A DNA stretch of 63,467 bases, filler included, from Octopus bimaculoides (taxonomy: Eukaryota): assembly GCF_001194135.2 (NCBI RefSeq). It is 6 parts of 6 records of this genome, joined end to end, with 100 filler letters (N's around TTAATTAATTAA, not from the genome) between each part and the next. Parts side by side here need not be neighbours in the genome. Positions count along the whole stretch, not along the records: positions 14,484 to 26,912 come from NC_068988.1; positions 27,013 to 43,851 come from NC_069001.1; 4 more parts are not named here. One strand, given 5' to 3'. Under the pieces are notes generated by a model. The model was not told where the DNA came from. It worked only from the letters and a program-made list of their open reading frames with translations, and did not search any database. Below, in pieces: positions 22,129 to 34,921 of this stretch (the stretch's first letter is position 1; each line of letters begins with the position of its first letter). The translations under genes were made by a program, and so were the position numbers.

Positions 22129-22454
22129 ACTCTGAAATTAGTAGATCGAGCACAACCGTGAAGGATGGCGGTAAAACTGACTGCTCTGCCAAGATGAAAA
22201 AAAATGGCTAACAAAACTTGTAGTGAACCCCCCCCCCCAAAAAAAAAAAAATCTGCTGCACCGACTCTGTTCCACCACGGCCACCATCAACAAAAATGGC
22301 AATTACAGCGGCAATAAACAAGTGTTCCAATGAGAACGGAATGAGACATTGGGCGCAGCTGTGTAGACGCTGGCGATTTGGCGATAGTACATTTATGACA
22401 CTGCAAGCAAACACACATGCACGCGCATGGAAGAATACACGTAGAGATAGGGGA

Positions 22455-22500
<46 letters not shown>

Positions 22501-22599
22501 GGAGAGTAGAAGAGGGAGAAAGATACATCACAATTTAATACTTTAACATTTATTACTTTAACACGATTGATATAAACATTTCCCCCTCCTCATACACCT

Positions 22600-22716
22600 A
22601 GAGAGAAACAGAATGCCAGCAATTTTAGGGGAGGAGGTAAGTAGATTACATTGGTTCCAATGTTCAACTGGTAATTATTTTATCGTTCCCGAAATGACGA
22701 ATGACAAAGTCGATTT
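22600..22716 (-). mobile_element. SINE family E, 3' fragment
   Basis: gtagattacattggttccaatgttcaactggtaattattttatcg. Confidence 0.6.
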
Positions 22717-22873
22717 GTATATGCTGTACACAAGCTCACCCCCATCCATCAAATCGACGTTGTTTGTACAGGTTCACGGTTTATCACGTCAGGTATTATT
22801 GGATATGAGGTTACGGGTGCTTGGTACCAACATACACCGGAAAAGGTAATGGACAAAAAGGGGAAGGCACCGA

Positions 22874-23300
22874 AGGCCGGATATAGTAATCTTTAGGAGG
22901 GACAAACAAGAGTGCCTAATAATTGAAGTGGCAGTGCCAAGAGATCAACATATTATCATGAAAGAAAGAGAAAAGGTTGATAAATATGGAGACCTGAGAA
23001 TTAAGATCGCTAAGATGTGGCAGCTATGAGAGTCAAACATAAAGGTTATCTCTATTGTCATCGGAGTGTTGGGTTCAATACCACCGAATCTGAAAACAAA
23101 AAACATCTGAAAACTTTAAAAACACCCTAAAATCTAGGTGTATAGCAAAAGTCGGCATTACTTAGAACCGCACGCATATTGCGTACAGTACTGTCTATCT
23201 GAGGTCCTTGTTGGACTTGACAAACAGTACAACCCCCCGGTAGACACAATCAAGAATCTCACGATATTGTATACTGTGCGACGTCTAAAATAATAATAAT
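22874..23300 (+). mobile_element. R4/Dong-like RLE endonuclease C-terminus plus 3' UTR and (TAA)n tail
   Basis: RPDIVIFRRDKQECLIIEVAVPRDQHIIMKEREKVDKYGDLRIKIAKMW...VISIVIGVLGSIP...QKSALLRTARILRTVL (PD..D/E.K restriction-like motif). Confidence 0.85.
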
Positions 23301-23445
23301 GATGATGATGATGATAATCGACCCATCATGCCCATTTGATGTTTACTTATCAACCCATCATGTCAGTTTGATTCCAGGATCGTAAAGAAAGAGGAAGGAA
23401 AACAAAAAATAACTAATCCCTAAAATTTGAAATAGGGAGAATTTG

Positions 23446-23713
23446 GAGTATGTGAACAGTAAAGGTCGTGTCTATAATAATTGGGGCGTTGGGAACAGGA
23501 AGCCAAGATATAGACAAATGGCTGAAGGAGATTGAAATAGAATGCCCTGTAGAGCTCCTACAGAAAGTCTATCTTTTAGGGACAGCAAGGATTATCAGGA
23601 GAGTTCTAAGCGCTTCCAAGCCTGCTGATAACTTGTGGATACCTAAAGTTACTGGTAATAACCTGCTACCCACACAAATCCTACCAGGAATAAGACCGGA
23701 CCTGATCCAAACC

Positions 23714-23745
<32 letters not shown>
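23446..23745 (+). mobile_element. Second R4/Dong-like subfamily, 3' end with (TAA)n tail
   Basis: WSM*TVKVVSIIIGALGTGSQDIDKWLKEIEIECPVELLQKVYLLGTARIIRRVL. Confidence 0.8.
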
Positions 23746-23932
23746 CCTTTCTACTGGCAGCGCAAGGACTCAAATTTTGGGGGAAGGGATTAAGTCGATT
23801 ACATCGACCCCCAGTACTCAACTTTCAAGGATGAATGGCAAAATCGGCCACGATGGAATTTGAACTCAGAACGAAAAGACAGACAAAATGCTGCTAAGCA
23901 TTTTTGCCGGCGTGCTAACGATTCTGCCAGCT
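23743..23932 (-). mobile_element. SINE family E
   Basis: gattaagtcgattacatcgacccccagtac...gctaacgattctgccagct. Confidence 0.8.
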
Positions 23933-24551
23933 TAATTATGAGACTTAATTAATGACAGCAACAAGAATAAGAACATTTACAACGTCAACACCAACATAAA
24001 CAAAAATATCGTTAATGATGACAACCACCCGACAAAAATAAAATAAAATAAAACAGAAGAACAAGTTAAAAATGTCATTGAATAAAAATATGAGACGATG
24101 GTTGAAAGATGTGATGGCCGTTTAGTATCTCGAAATGGGTTACTTTATATTGTTATAATGGTATAACAAAAGAATGGTTGGTTTGTGGATAATGGTAGTC
24201 GTCAGCGTGCGTGTGTGATATTGTTAATGGAGTCACTTTTCTTTATCACTCAGCTATCCTCTTCTTATCCGCAATGTACTTCTTTCTGTAATACTCTCTC
24301 CCTCCGTCCCCCTCTCTCTCCCCCTGTCCCTCTGCTTCTGTTTCTCTTTTTCTCTTTCTTACTCCTTTATTGCACTTCTCCCGCTGTGCCTGTATGAGTC
24401 TTCTTATTTCTAGAAATTACCAAACAAATGCAAAGTGTTTCAATCTAGAAGATTAATGTATCCAAGAGACCACTTGTTTTTTTTTAGATAAACAAATGTA
24501 TGTATGTGTGTATGTATGTATGTATGTATGTATGTATGCATGTATGTGTGT

Positions 24552-24767
24552 GTGAGGGAGTGCTGAAAAGTTTCTGGCTTTGGTAAAAAGAAAATACAGG
24601 AGGATCAGCAAATTATGATTTTACTCAACATATTCCCCTCTCAGGTTCACTCACTCATTGCAGCGGTCCCTCAGTTTTTCTAAGCCCTGTAAAAAACTTG
24701 GTAGATTGGGCCTACAACCAGGCCTTTCGTGATGCCCATAAAGTCAGGAATTTTCAACATCTCCTCG
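24552..24767. mobile_element. Mariner-type MITE
   Basis: TIRs gtgagggagtgctgaaaagtttctggcttt and aaagtcaggaattttcaacatctcctcg, with TA at 24768. A left-end fragment of the same family lies at 34735-34790. Confidence 0.75.
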
Positions 24768-25146
24768 TACGTGTATGAAATATATGTGAGTGCGTATGTA
24801 CGTATACATATACGTGTTGTTTGTATGTGTATGTATATATATATATATTATTTATACATTAATTATATATTTAGTTTCATAACAGCCATTCATGTTAACG
24901 AATGGTTTTATGCGAAAGAACCGTCCAGATATGGAAGGCATCACTCATGGATGATTGAAGCATTATTTAACACGAAACATAAATGATGTTTTACATGAGT
25001 AAATTTAACATACTTTATGAAAATAATACATGGTATCCCAGAATTAACTATTTCAATGAAATTGGGCAATTTTATTTTTAAAAAAAAGCTGAAAAAATTT
25101 TATGTTTATCACTTAATTATGATACTAAAACAAATGTATTTCTAGA

Positions 25147-25340
25147 TCTTACTCTTTTACTTGTTTCAGTCATTTGACTGCGGCCATGCTGGAGCACCGC
25201 CTTTAGTCGACCCCAGGACTTATTCTTTGTAAGCCTAGTACTTATTCTATTGGTCTCTTTTGCCGAACCGCTAGATTACGGGGACGTAAATACACCAGCA
25301 TCGGTTGTCAAGCGATGTTGGAGGGGCGCAAACACAGACA
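25147..25340 (-). mobile_element. SINE family A
   Basis: tcttttacttgtttcagtcatttgactgcggccatgctggagcaccgcc...ggttgtcaagcgatg. Confidence 0.9.
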
Positions 25341-25359
25341 CACAAACATACACGCACAC

Positions 25360-25443
<84 letters not shown>

Positions 25444-25462
25444 TTATATATATATACATATA

Positions 25463-25579
25463 TACGACGGGCTTCTTTCAGTTTCCGTCTACGAAATCCA
25501 GTCACAAGGCTTTAGTCGGCCCGAGGCTATAGTGGCACTAGCCCAAGGTGCCACGCAGTGGGACTGAACCCAGAACCAT
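25463..25579 (-). mobile_element. SINE family B (5'-truncated)
   Basis: acgacgggcttctttcagtttccgtctac...cccaaggtgccacgcagtgggactgaaccc. Confidence 0.85.
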
Positions 25580-25735
25580 TGAAAATTTTCAACATGTGCT
25601 TCGCCTGTAACCCTGCAAATTTCAAATTTATCCTTAGCGTTGCGAAACACATTTTGAAGCATTTCAGGAGTTATCTTTTGCACTGCTAACTGAATGCGTT
25701 CTTTAAGTGCAGTTAAACTAGTGCTCCATCCTGGA
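25580..25735 (-). mobile_element. Tc1/mariner transposase C-terminal remnant
   Basis: LTALKERIQLAVQKITPEMLQNVFRNAKDKFEICRVTGEAHVENF resembles LK.RI..A...I.P.ML..V..N...R...C....G.H.E. Confidence 0.7.
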
Positions 25736-26010
25736 GATGGAGATAGAGAAAATGATTTTAATGAAATTAAGAAAAAGCTGTCGAGGACAGATAAGAGGGA
25801 TCTAACATAAATGAAAATAAGACTATAAAACAATTATAAAAATTATTAAATTATAAAGAAAATTATAAATTTATGCACTTTTAACAGATATTAAAATTGA
25901 TAAGCATAAAAATAAGTGAGTTTTTTTATAAAAAAAATTATCCGATTTCACTGACATAGACAGTTAATTCTATTAATTGTATCATATACAATGTATGGCA
26001 AATGTATATG

Positions 26011-26062
<52 letters not shown>

Positions 26063-26247
26063 CCAAAAGTTATGTATATATATATATGTATATGTATATA
26101 TGTATATATATATAGATAAGTATACTCACACACACTCATATAAGTGTAGATATATAGACAGTAGTCCTCCGGTATTAGTGAAAAACCGTGAATATTGGAC
26201 GTCGTCCATTAAAATGCCTATAAATGTCAAAATATAACGTAAACTAT

Positions 26248-26293
<46 letters not shown>

Positions 26294-26419
26294 ATATTCA
26301 ATAAAAATTAAATAAAAATTAAAGCAAAATGTACTGTTAGTCACCGGTAATGAATGATATTGATTTAAGACTATGATGATGAAAATAATGAAGGTAATGA
26401 TTGTACAGCAAAGAAGACT

Positions 26420-26634
26420 TAAAGCTCTTCAGGTGACGCCTCTTCTTCAAGTGTTTCACCTGTTTCACCACATTGTCGACAGCGTGGTGCTGAATATCTT
26501 CAGGTGAGAAGCGCTCCTAGTCCTGGACATACTCTTGCCACATCTTCCAGTATGCGATGAGGGTTTCCTTTTTCATGTCTTTAAGAGAAGCTTGGATGGC
26601 TGACAGGTTCGTTGCGATTGTGAAGTTACGCCAG
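26420..26634 (-). mobile_element. pogo/Tigger (DDE_1) transposase remnant
   Basis: WRNFTIATNLSAIQASLKDMKKETLIAYWKMWQEYVQD*ERFSPEDIQHHAV resembles W..FTI..........V...T.NACWKK.W. Confidence 0.65.
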
Positions 26635-26768
26635 TACACCTTTAACTTGAAATTCTTGTCTGAATTCATTGTGTCCACAAGGTCCTGGGGAGAGTTTCGA
26701 GTGTAAAGTGCCGATAATCTGCTGCCCTAACCACTGGGACATTGCGCCTCCACTGTATATATGACACA

Positions 26769-26821
<53 letters not shown>

Positions 26822-27004
26822 TCATACATATATAGGACAGTATTGTAGTTCGCTTGAAGTATTGTGTAATGTTTGAAAAGAATAAAAAGTTTAGAATGGT
26901 ACAACAATGCACNNNNNNNNNNNNNNNNNNNNNNNNNNNNNNNNNNNNNNNNNNNNTTAATTAATTAANNNNNNNNNNNNNNNNNNNNNNNNNNNNNNNN
27001 NNNN

Positions 27005-27326
27005 NNNNNNNNTTTAATAATAATAATAATAAGGAGAAGAAGAAGAAGAAGAAGAAGAAGAAGAAGAAGAAGAAGAAGAAGAAGGAGGAAGAGGAGGAGG
27101 AGGAGGAGGAGGAAGGAGGAAGAGGAGGAGGAGGAAGAGGAGAAGGAGGAGGAGAAGAAGAAGAAAGAAAGGAAGAAAGAAAATAGAAAAAGTAGAAGAA
27201 ACAAAAAGGAGAAGAAGGAGAAGAAAGAAAGGAAGAAAGAAAATAGAAAAAAGAAGAAACAAAAAGGAGGAGGAAGACAAGAAGAAGAAGAAGAAGAAGA
27301 AGAAGAAGAAGAAGAAGAAGAAGAAG

Positions 27327-27363
<37 letters not shown>

Positions 27364-27385
27364 GCAGCAGCAACAACAACAAGTT
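27005..27385. repeat. Compound (TAA)/(GAA)/(GAG)/(CAA) microsatellite with an internal ~60-bp duplication
   Basis: Read directly. Confidence 0.9.
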
Positions 27386-27839
27386 ACAGCAACAGGAACA
27401 ATAACAAAAGGAGGGCGAAAAGAGGAGGAAAGAAAATAATAAACAAGAAGAAAATAAACCTGAAATGTTGATAATAATGACATTTTTTTCTTATTTGGCA
27501 CAAGTACACGGATAATGCTGATAATATTTGAATAATGTCGATGGAAAGAAATAAGCAGAGACGTTAGGATAATCCAATCACTAAGCTGACATAACAACTA
27601 TTGTAAGAATGAAAGATAACTTCGAAACAATTAAAATGGACGTCATTGACAGCAAAACTAGTAATAACAATGTCGTCATCGTCATCAGCAAAGCTAGTAA
27701 TAACAACAACAACATAGCAATCAACACATCGGAAAACCATAACACCACCCTGTAGGGAGGAAATAAAACAATAAAATGTATATAAATAAAGAGAAGAAAA
27801 AAAAGAAACGTACAGTAAGAATGAAATCGAAAGAACTTT

Positions 27840-28083
27840 AGTACTCTTTACTCTTTACTCTTTACTCTTAACTCATTACTTTTTTACTCTTTTACTTGTT
27901 TCAGTCATTTGACTGCGGCCATGCTGGAGCACCGCCTTTTAGTCGAGCAAATCGACCCCAGGGCTTATTCTTTGTAAGCCTAGTACTTATTCTATTGGGT
28001 TTCTTTTTGCCGAACCGCTAAGTTACGGGGACGTAAACACACCAGCATCGGCTGTCAAGCGATGGTGGGGGGGGGGACAAACA
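27840..28083 (-). mobile_element. SINE family A with an extended (AAAGAGT)n tail
   Basis: Near-identical to the 25147 copy; includes the gagcaaatcga segment missing there. Confidence 0.9.
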
Positions 28084-29199
28084 CATACACACAAACACAC
28101 ACACACACACACACANNNNNNNNNNNNNNNNNNNNNNNNNNNNNNNNNNNNNNNNNNNNNNNNNNNNNNNNNNNNNNNNNNNNNNNNNNNNNNNNNNNNN
28201 NNNNNNNNNNNNNNNNNNNNNNNNNNNNNNNNNNNNNNNNNNNNNNNNNNNNNNNNNNNNNNNNNNNNNNNNNNNNNNNNNNNNNNNNNNNNNNNNNNNN
28301 NNNNNNNNNNNNNNNNNNNNNNNNNNNNNNNNNNNNNNNNNNNNNNNNNNNNNNNNNNNNNNNNNNNNNNNNNNNNNNNNNNNNNNNNNNNNNNNNNNNN
28401 NNNNNNNNNNNNNNNNNNNNNNNNNNNNNNNNNNNNNNNNNNNNNNNNNNNNNNNNNNNNNNNNNNNNNNNNNNNNNNNNNNNNNNNNNNNNNNNNNNNN
28501 NNNNNNNNNNNNNNNNNNNNNNNNNNNNNNNNNNNNNNNNNNNNNNNNNNNNNNNNNNNNNNNNNNNNNNNNNNNNNNNNNNNNNNNNNNNNNNNNNNNN
28601 NNNNNNNNNNNNNNNNNNNNNNNNNNNNNNNNNNNNNNNNNNNNNNNNNNNNNNNNNNNNNNNNNNNNNNNNNNNNNNNNNNNNNNNNNNNNNNNNNNNN
28701 NNNNNNNNNNNNNNNNNNNNNNNNNNNNNNNNNNNNNNNNNNNNNNNNNNNNNNNNNNNNNNNNNNNNNNNNNNNNNNNNNNNNNNNNNNNNNNNNNNNN
28801 NNNNNNNNNNNNNNNNNNNNNNNNNNNNNNNNNNNNNNNNNNNNNNNNNNNNNNNNNNNNNNNNNNNNNNNNNNNNNNNNNNNNNNNNNNNNNNNNNNNN
28901 NNNNNNNNNNNNNNNNNNNNNNNNNNNNNNNNNNNNNNNNNNNNNNNNNNNNNNNNNNNNNNNNNNNNNNNNNNNNNNNNNNNNNNNNNNNNNNNNNNNN
29001 NNNNNNNNNNNNNNNNNNNNNNNNNNNNNNNNNNNNNNNNNNNNNNNATTTGCTCATTAGTTAAAGAAACATAGGAATTGAGTTAGACAGTTACGGAATG
29101 CTTGATAAATATATCTAATGAAGTTTCCTAAATGTCAGAGAAAAAGAAAAACAGAAAAATAAAAAATAAAGACACAGATAGGGGGGGGGGGCCTTGGAG

Positions 29200-29950
29200 A
29201 GAAGTAATCTGCAACTAGCCGTATCGTTTCGTTGGCAGCGTGTCGATGTTGAACAACTTTTCTTATAGTTTCAAATCCAGTTTTTGGCATTATATCACAA
29301 ATTTATTTCCGTGTGTTCCTTTGGTATGAAGTGAACCAGTTTCTTCTCCTTTCGTGGCTACGTCGTAGGGAATGGAATACATATACATCATAACCTGATC
29401 CGATACGTGTTGTGTACCTCACTGTTATTCTGTTGTACATGTACCAGCTTACCTCACTGTTATTCTGTTGTACATGTACCAGCTTAGGCGATACATTGCC
29501 TATAGACAAACCCCATTTAGGCTGCTATAATATCCCTGCATTTTTAATGGGGTTCTCTCTGCCTGAAGGCTTATCTTTCACTCTCGCTAAAATATACTTC
29601 ATAATGTTTGAACATGTGAGAAAATTTCCCTCTTGGTGTTTATGCAATCCCTGGTAGTTCGTCGGTTCTTCGAAAGATAAAGATTTCCCTTGAGCTCACG
29701 GGACATTTTTTGATCCCTTTATATCAGGTTTGGTTTTAAAATGAAACTTCCAGTTGATGTATAAGTCATGCTGCCTACGTCTTAAGTCTCCAGATTAATG
29801 CCAAGAGGATTGCAGTATATCTTCTCGAGGCACCCAAAAGAAGAAAGGTCGCTGTTTTATCTGGATTTAAATTTTCTGTGCACGGGTCCTGTATAGTGCT
29901 AGGTTTCTATCCTGCCGGTGTTGTAGCTTGCTCTTCATTGCGTCCTATAA
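29200..29950 (-). pseudogene. Decayed Ginger/Gypsy-type DDE integrase (KRBA2/SCAND3-like), with a perfect 35-bp tandem duplication at 29415-29484
   Basis: Frameshifted motifs in the expected order: H*SGRLKT, FLTCS, KPSGRENPI, DQVMMYMYSIPYD, WFTSYQ..KFVI, AANETIRLVADYF. Compare HGGR.K.T / C..C / KPI / QVDLIDMQS.PD / YQDHLTKFV / AAEVA..L.DIF. Confidence 0.4.
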
Positions 29951-30282
29951 ACAACAGAGAATACATCACATGCCTGCCCCAAAACAGTGCATGTGAATCT
30001 AGAGCTAATTCGAAGTATCAGCTAATTGTTCCTATAGGTGTCCACGATACAGCGACAGAATTATGTGTTTTAACACGAAATATTAAATATCTTATAATGC
30101 CTATGTTAATGGGGAAAGTGTTTATGTAATCAGTGTAAGAATGTTCACCTATATTTGTTTTAGCATTCAGAAAGACAGATGGAGCAAACAAATAGCATTT
30201 TACGGGACTTATTTCAACGTCTAGATTGTTGAGAAGAAAAAGGGTTATAAAAAATTCTTATCAGTATAGTCACTATCTTCTA

Positions 30283-30339
<57 letters not shown>

Positions 30340-30351
30340 TACCTAAATATA

Positions 30352-30517
30352 TACGACGGAATTCTTTCAGTTTCCCGTCTATCAAATCTACCCACAGGGC
30401 TTTGGTCGGCCCGAGGCTATAGTAGAAGACAATTGTTCAGGGTGCCATAAGTCGGACTGAACCCGGAACCATGTGGTTTGGAAACAAGTTTCTTACCACA
30501 CAGTGACTGCTGCGCCT
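30352..30517 (-). mobile_element. SINE family B
   Basis: tttcagtttcccgtctatc...ggtcggcccgaggctatagtagaagac...cttaccacacag. Confidence 0.85.
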
Positions 30518-31045
30518 CTATTGGTTGACATCAATATATTCTGAGTTTTGCAAATACAGTGGCAACTCAGGACATGGCTCTGTGTAATTAGGCCTCCTCA
30601 GCAAAAAGTCTTCTTCGTTCATGGTAAGTTCTCGATAAAAGAAGAGAATCACTAAACGTAAAGAAAAGAGAGAAGACAAGATGAATACGGGTTTGTGGGT
30701 TGGAATGGTTAGAGCGATGGTGGGAGGGATAAAGAGAAAGGACAAAAGTGGTAGAGGAGAAATACGGGTGATTTAGAGAAAAAAATAATAGGGGAGAGAG
30801 AGAGGGAGAAGAGAAATGCAGAAATTGGAGAGGTACATTGATGGTAGAGTTATGAAATTATGATGTGTGTATATGTGTGTATTTATATGTGTGTGTGTAG
30901 ACGCAAGTGAATGCGTGTACGTATTTGTGTGTTTCTATGTATGAAATAAGAATAGACAGATAGAAATGAAGAACAGAGGCGAGGAGGAAATAAAACGATA
31001 GATGAAGAGCAAAAGATACATAGCAGGAGAGAGAGACAGACAGAC

Positions 31046-31080
<35 letters not shown>

Positions 31081-31091
31081 AAGAGACAGAC

Positions 31092-31141
<50 letters not shown>

Positions 31142-31319
31142 GGCTAATTGGTGAATCTGGACAGATATGTGAAGGAAAAGTGAGGAATATATTTAGAAAA
31201 AAAGATTCTATGTAAGCATGTGTGTCTGTATGTGTCACAATTGAAGTATAACAGACCATTAAGTAAGGAACATAATATATACAGATTCGTATGTGAGTGC
31301 GTGGGTGTGCATGTGTGTG

Positions 31320-31374
<55 letters not shown>

Positions 31375-32476
31375 GCATATATGTGATAATATATATTATA
31401 TATATGTATATATATNNNNNNNNNNNNNNNNNNNNNNNNNNNNNNNNNNNNNNNNNNNNNNNNNNNNNNNNNNNNNNNNNNNNNNNNNNNNNNNNNNNNN
31501 NNNNNNNNNNNNNNNNNNNNNNNNNNNNNNNNNNNNNNNNNNNNNNNNNNNNNNNNNNNNNNNNNNNNNNNNNNNNNNNNNNNNNNNNNNNNNNNNNNNN
31601 NNNNNNNNNNNNNNNNNNNNNNNNNNNNNNNNNNNNNNNNNNNNNNNNNNNNNNNNNNNNNNNNNNNNNNNNNNNNNNNNNNNNNNNNNNNNNNNNNNNN
31701 NNNNNNNNNNNNNNNNNNNNNNNNNNNNNNNNNNNNNNNNNNNNNNNNNNNNNNNNNNNNNNNNNNNNNNNNNNNNNNNNNNNNNNNNNNNNNNNNNNNN
31801 NNNNNNNNNNNNNNNNNNNNNNNNNNNNNNNNNNNNNNNNNNNNNNNNNNNNNNNNNNNNNNNNNNNNNNNNNNNNNNNNNNNNNNNNNNNNNNNNNNNN
31901 NNNNNNNNNNNNNNNNNNNNNNNNNNNNNNNNNNNNNNNNNNNNNNNNNNNNNNNNNNNNNNNNNNNNNNNNNNNNNNNNNNNNNNNNNNNNNNNNNNNN
32001 NNNNNNNNNNNNNNNNNNNNNNNNNNNNNNNNNNNNNNNNNNNNNNNNNNNNNNNNNNNNNNNNNNNNNNNNNNNNNNNNNNNNNNNNNNNNNNNNNNNN
32101 NNNNNNNNNNNNNNNNNNNNNNNNNNNNNNNNNNNNNNNNNNNNNNNTATATATATATATATATATTATATAGAGACAGAGTGTGAGAGGAAGAGAGAGA
32201 GAGAGAAAGAGAGATACGATGCAAGCAAAGGAAAACATAACCGATAAGAGATGATTTAAGCGTGAATGGAAGACAGGAATAACATGTCAGATATATTAAA
32301 ATATGCAGAGAAATGTATGCATGTGTGCGCTCGTGTGTGAGTGTGTGTGTGTGTGTGTGTCTGTATGTGTATGTTTGACGAACTGGGTTAAGGAAATACA
32401 GAATGATAGAGCAAAGGTGAAAGCAATTAAGCGATATGTGTATATATGTGTGTGTGTGTATGTGTGTGTGTGTGTA

Positions 32477-32529
<53 letters not shown>

Positions 32530-32631
32530 GGTGAGAGAGACAGAGTGAGAGTAGGTAGACTCAGAGAGTAGTGAGAGATAGACAAGACAGAGGAAACGAT
32601 GTGAGATAAAGAAGAGCGAGATACATACATG

Positions 32632-32716
<85 letters not shown>

Positions 32717-32933
32717 CAAGACAGACAGACACAGAGACAGAGTTAGATGGGGAGTTGGAAAATGTAAATATAGTGAAAGTTGGTGGTTTGTTGATGGCTG
32801 TTACAGATGAAAGCATTAAGACCTATCGGTAAGCGGCTAAAATAATGATGACTCGTACGGCTTGATTAGTGGAACGAGTGAAAGGGAACGCTGCAGATTA
32901 AATACAATGCTGAATGATAAGGCATGGAAGCTG

Positions 32934-32947
32934 GCACTAGAGGGCGC
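32934..32947 (+). promoter_or_regulatory. Candidate CTCF-type motif
   Basis: GCACTAGAGGGCGC matches 13 of 14 positions of the core CCASYAGRKGGCRS and lies in unique sequence. Confidence 0.3.
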
Positions 32948-33167
32948 ACTCGAATAGTTCACATCATTAACTGCTTCCTCATCTAATTGCTCGCCATGAG
33001 CCAATCTAGGAACGAATTTTAGCAACAATTATCTACTGTTCTGTACACACATCATTGCACAGATTTTCGAGTGTGCATCTGTATATGAAAACGTCTGCAA
33101 ATACATACAAACATACATGGACACGTATATGCATATGTATATATATGCGTGTGTGATTGGAGATATA

Positions 33168-33204
<37 letters not shown>

Positions 33205-33915
33205 NNNNNNNNNNNNNNNNNNNNNNNNNNNNNNNNNNNNNNNNNNNNNNNNNNNNNNNNNNNNNNNNNNNNNNNNNNNNNNNNNNNNNNNNNNNNNNNN
33301 NNNNNNNNNNNNNNNNNNNNNNNNNNNNNNNNNNNNNNNNNNNNNNNNNNNNNNNNNNNNNNNNNNNNNNNNNNNNNNNNNNNNNNNNNNNNNNNNNNNN
33401 NNNNNNNNNNNNNNNNNNNNNNNNNNNNNNNNNNNNNNNNNNNNNNNNNNNNNNNNNNNNNNNNNNNNNNNNNNNNNNNNNNNNNNNNNNNNNNNNNNNN
33501 NNNNNNNNNNNNNNNNNNNNNNNNNNNNNNNNNNNNNNNNNNNNNNNNNNNNNNNNNNNNNNNNNNNNNNNNNNNNNNNNNNNNNNNNNNNNNNNNNNNN
33601 NNNNNNNNNNNNNNNNNNNNNNNNNNNNNNNNNNNNNNNNNNNNNNNNNNNNNNNNNNNNNNNNNNNNNNNNNNNNNNNNNNNNNNNNNNNNNNNNNNNN
33701 NNNNNNNNNNNNNNNNNNNNNNNNNNNNNNNNNNNNNNNNNNNNNNNNNNNNNNNNNNNNNNNNNNNNNNNNNNNNNNNNNNNNNNNNNNNNNNNNNNNN
33801 NNNNNNNNNNNNNNNNNNNNNNNNNNNNNNNNNNNNNNNNNNNNNNNNNNNNNNNNNNNNNNNNNNNNNNNNNNNNNNNNNNNNNNNNNNNNNNNNNNNN
33901 NNNNNNNNNNNNNNN

Positions 33916-33976
<61 letters not shown>

Positions 33977-34339
33977 GTGTGTATATATATAAATATTTTT
34001 TCATAAATATATATTCATATGGATATATATGAATATACACGTACAATGTGCGTATATACATATATACATTCATATATATACATTCATATATATATATATG
34101 AACATGTACGTTGAATATTTTTATATGGATGTATACGTGAATGTACAAACCAAATACATGCTAACGGGCGAGAGTTTGTGAACGCCAGAGAGAGACAGAG
34201 AGAGAGAGAGACGGGGGAAGAGATAAAGCGAGAGAGAGAAAGAGAGAGAATGAGAAAGGAGAGAAAGAAGCGAGTGGGGAGAGAAAAACAGATAGTGCAA
34301 ATGTGAGGAAGGTACAGTGTGAGAACCAACGTATATGTA

Positions 34340-34388
<49 letters not shown>

Positions 34389-34653
34389 ACGTGCGTGTGT
34401 GTGTGTGCGTGTGTGTGTGATGGGTGTGATGGAGGGAGTGAGGAAACGTTGATGGGGAATGGGAGAGAAACGGTGAAGTTAGTTCAGAGAAGCAATAGGC
34501 TGTAGATATTTCTGTCTGTCTACGTAACGGCCAATTCTGTCTCTCTGACTGACATCAATAATTGGCGCGAATAATAATTGCATGTTCATTGACAGATTAC
34601 GCGGCATCATTTGATTGCACTTCATGCATTAAGTTAGTCAGGAATAAGATATG

Positions 34654-34689
<36 letters not shown>

Positions 34690-34790
34690 GCAGTAGCAGC
34701 AGCAGCAGTGGAGGCAGTAGCTGATGACCTCTGTGATGGGGTGTTGAAATATTCCTGGCTTTGGCTAAATGAAAACGCTGGGAGGATCAG

Positions 34791-34858
34791 TTACTCTTTT
34801 ACTCTTTTACTTGTTTCAGTCATTTGACTATGGCCATGCTGGAGCACCGCCTTTAGTC
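34791..34858 (-). mobile_element. SINE family A, 3' fragment
   Basis: actcttttacttgtttcagtcatttgactatggccatgctggagcaccgcc. Confidence 0.85.
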
Positions 34859-34878
34859 TCTCTCTCCCTCTCTCTCCC

Positions 34879-34921
<43 letters not shown>

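Noticed and set aside
34721-34760. CTGATGA...GAAA on the plus strand
   Set aside because: The GAAA belongs to a mariner MITE left TIR, and no stem III or NUH site forms.
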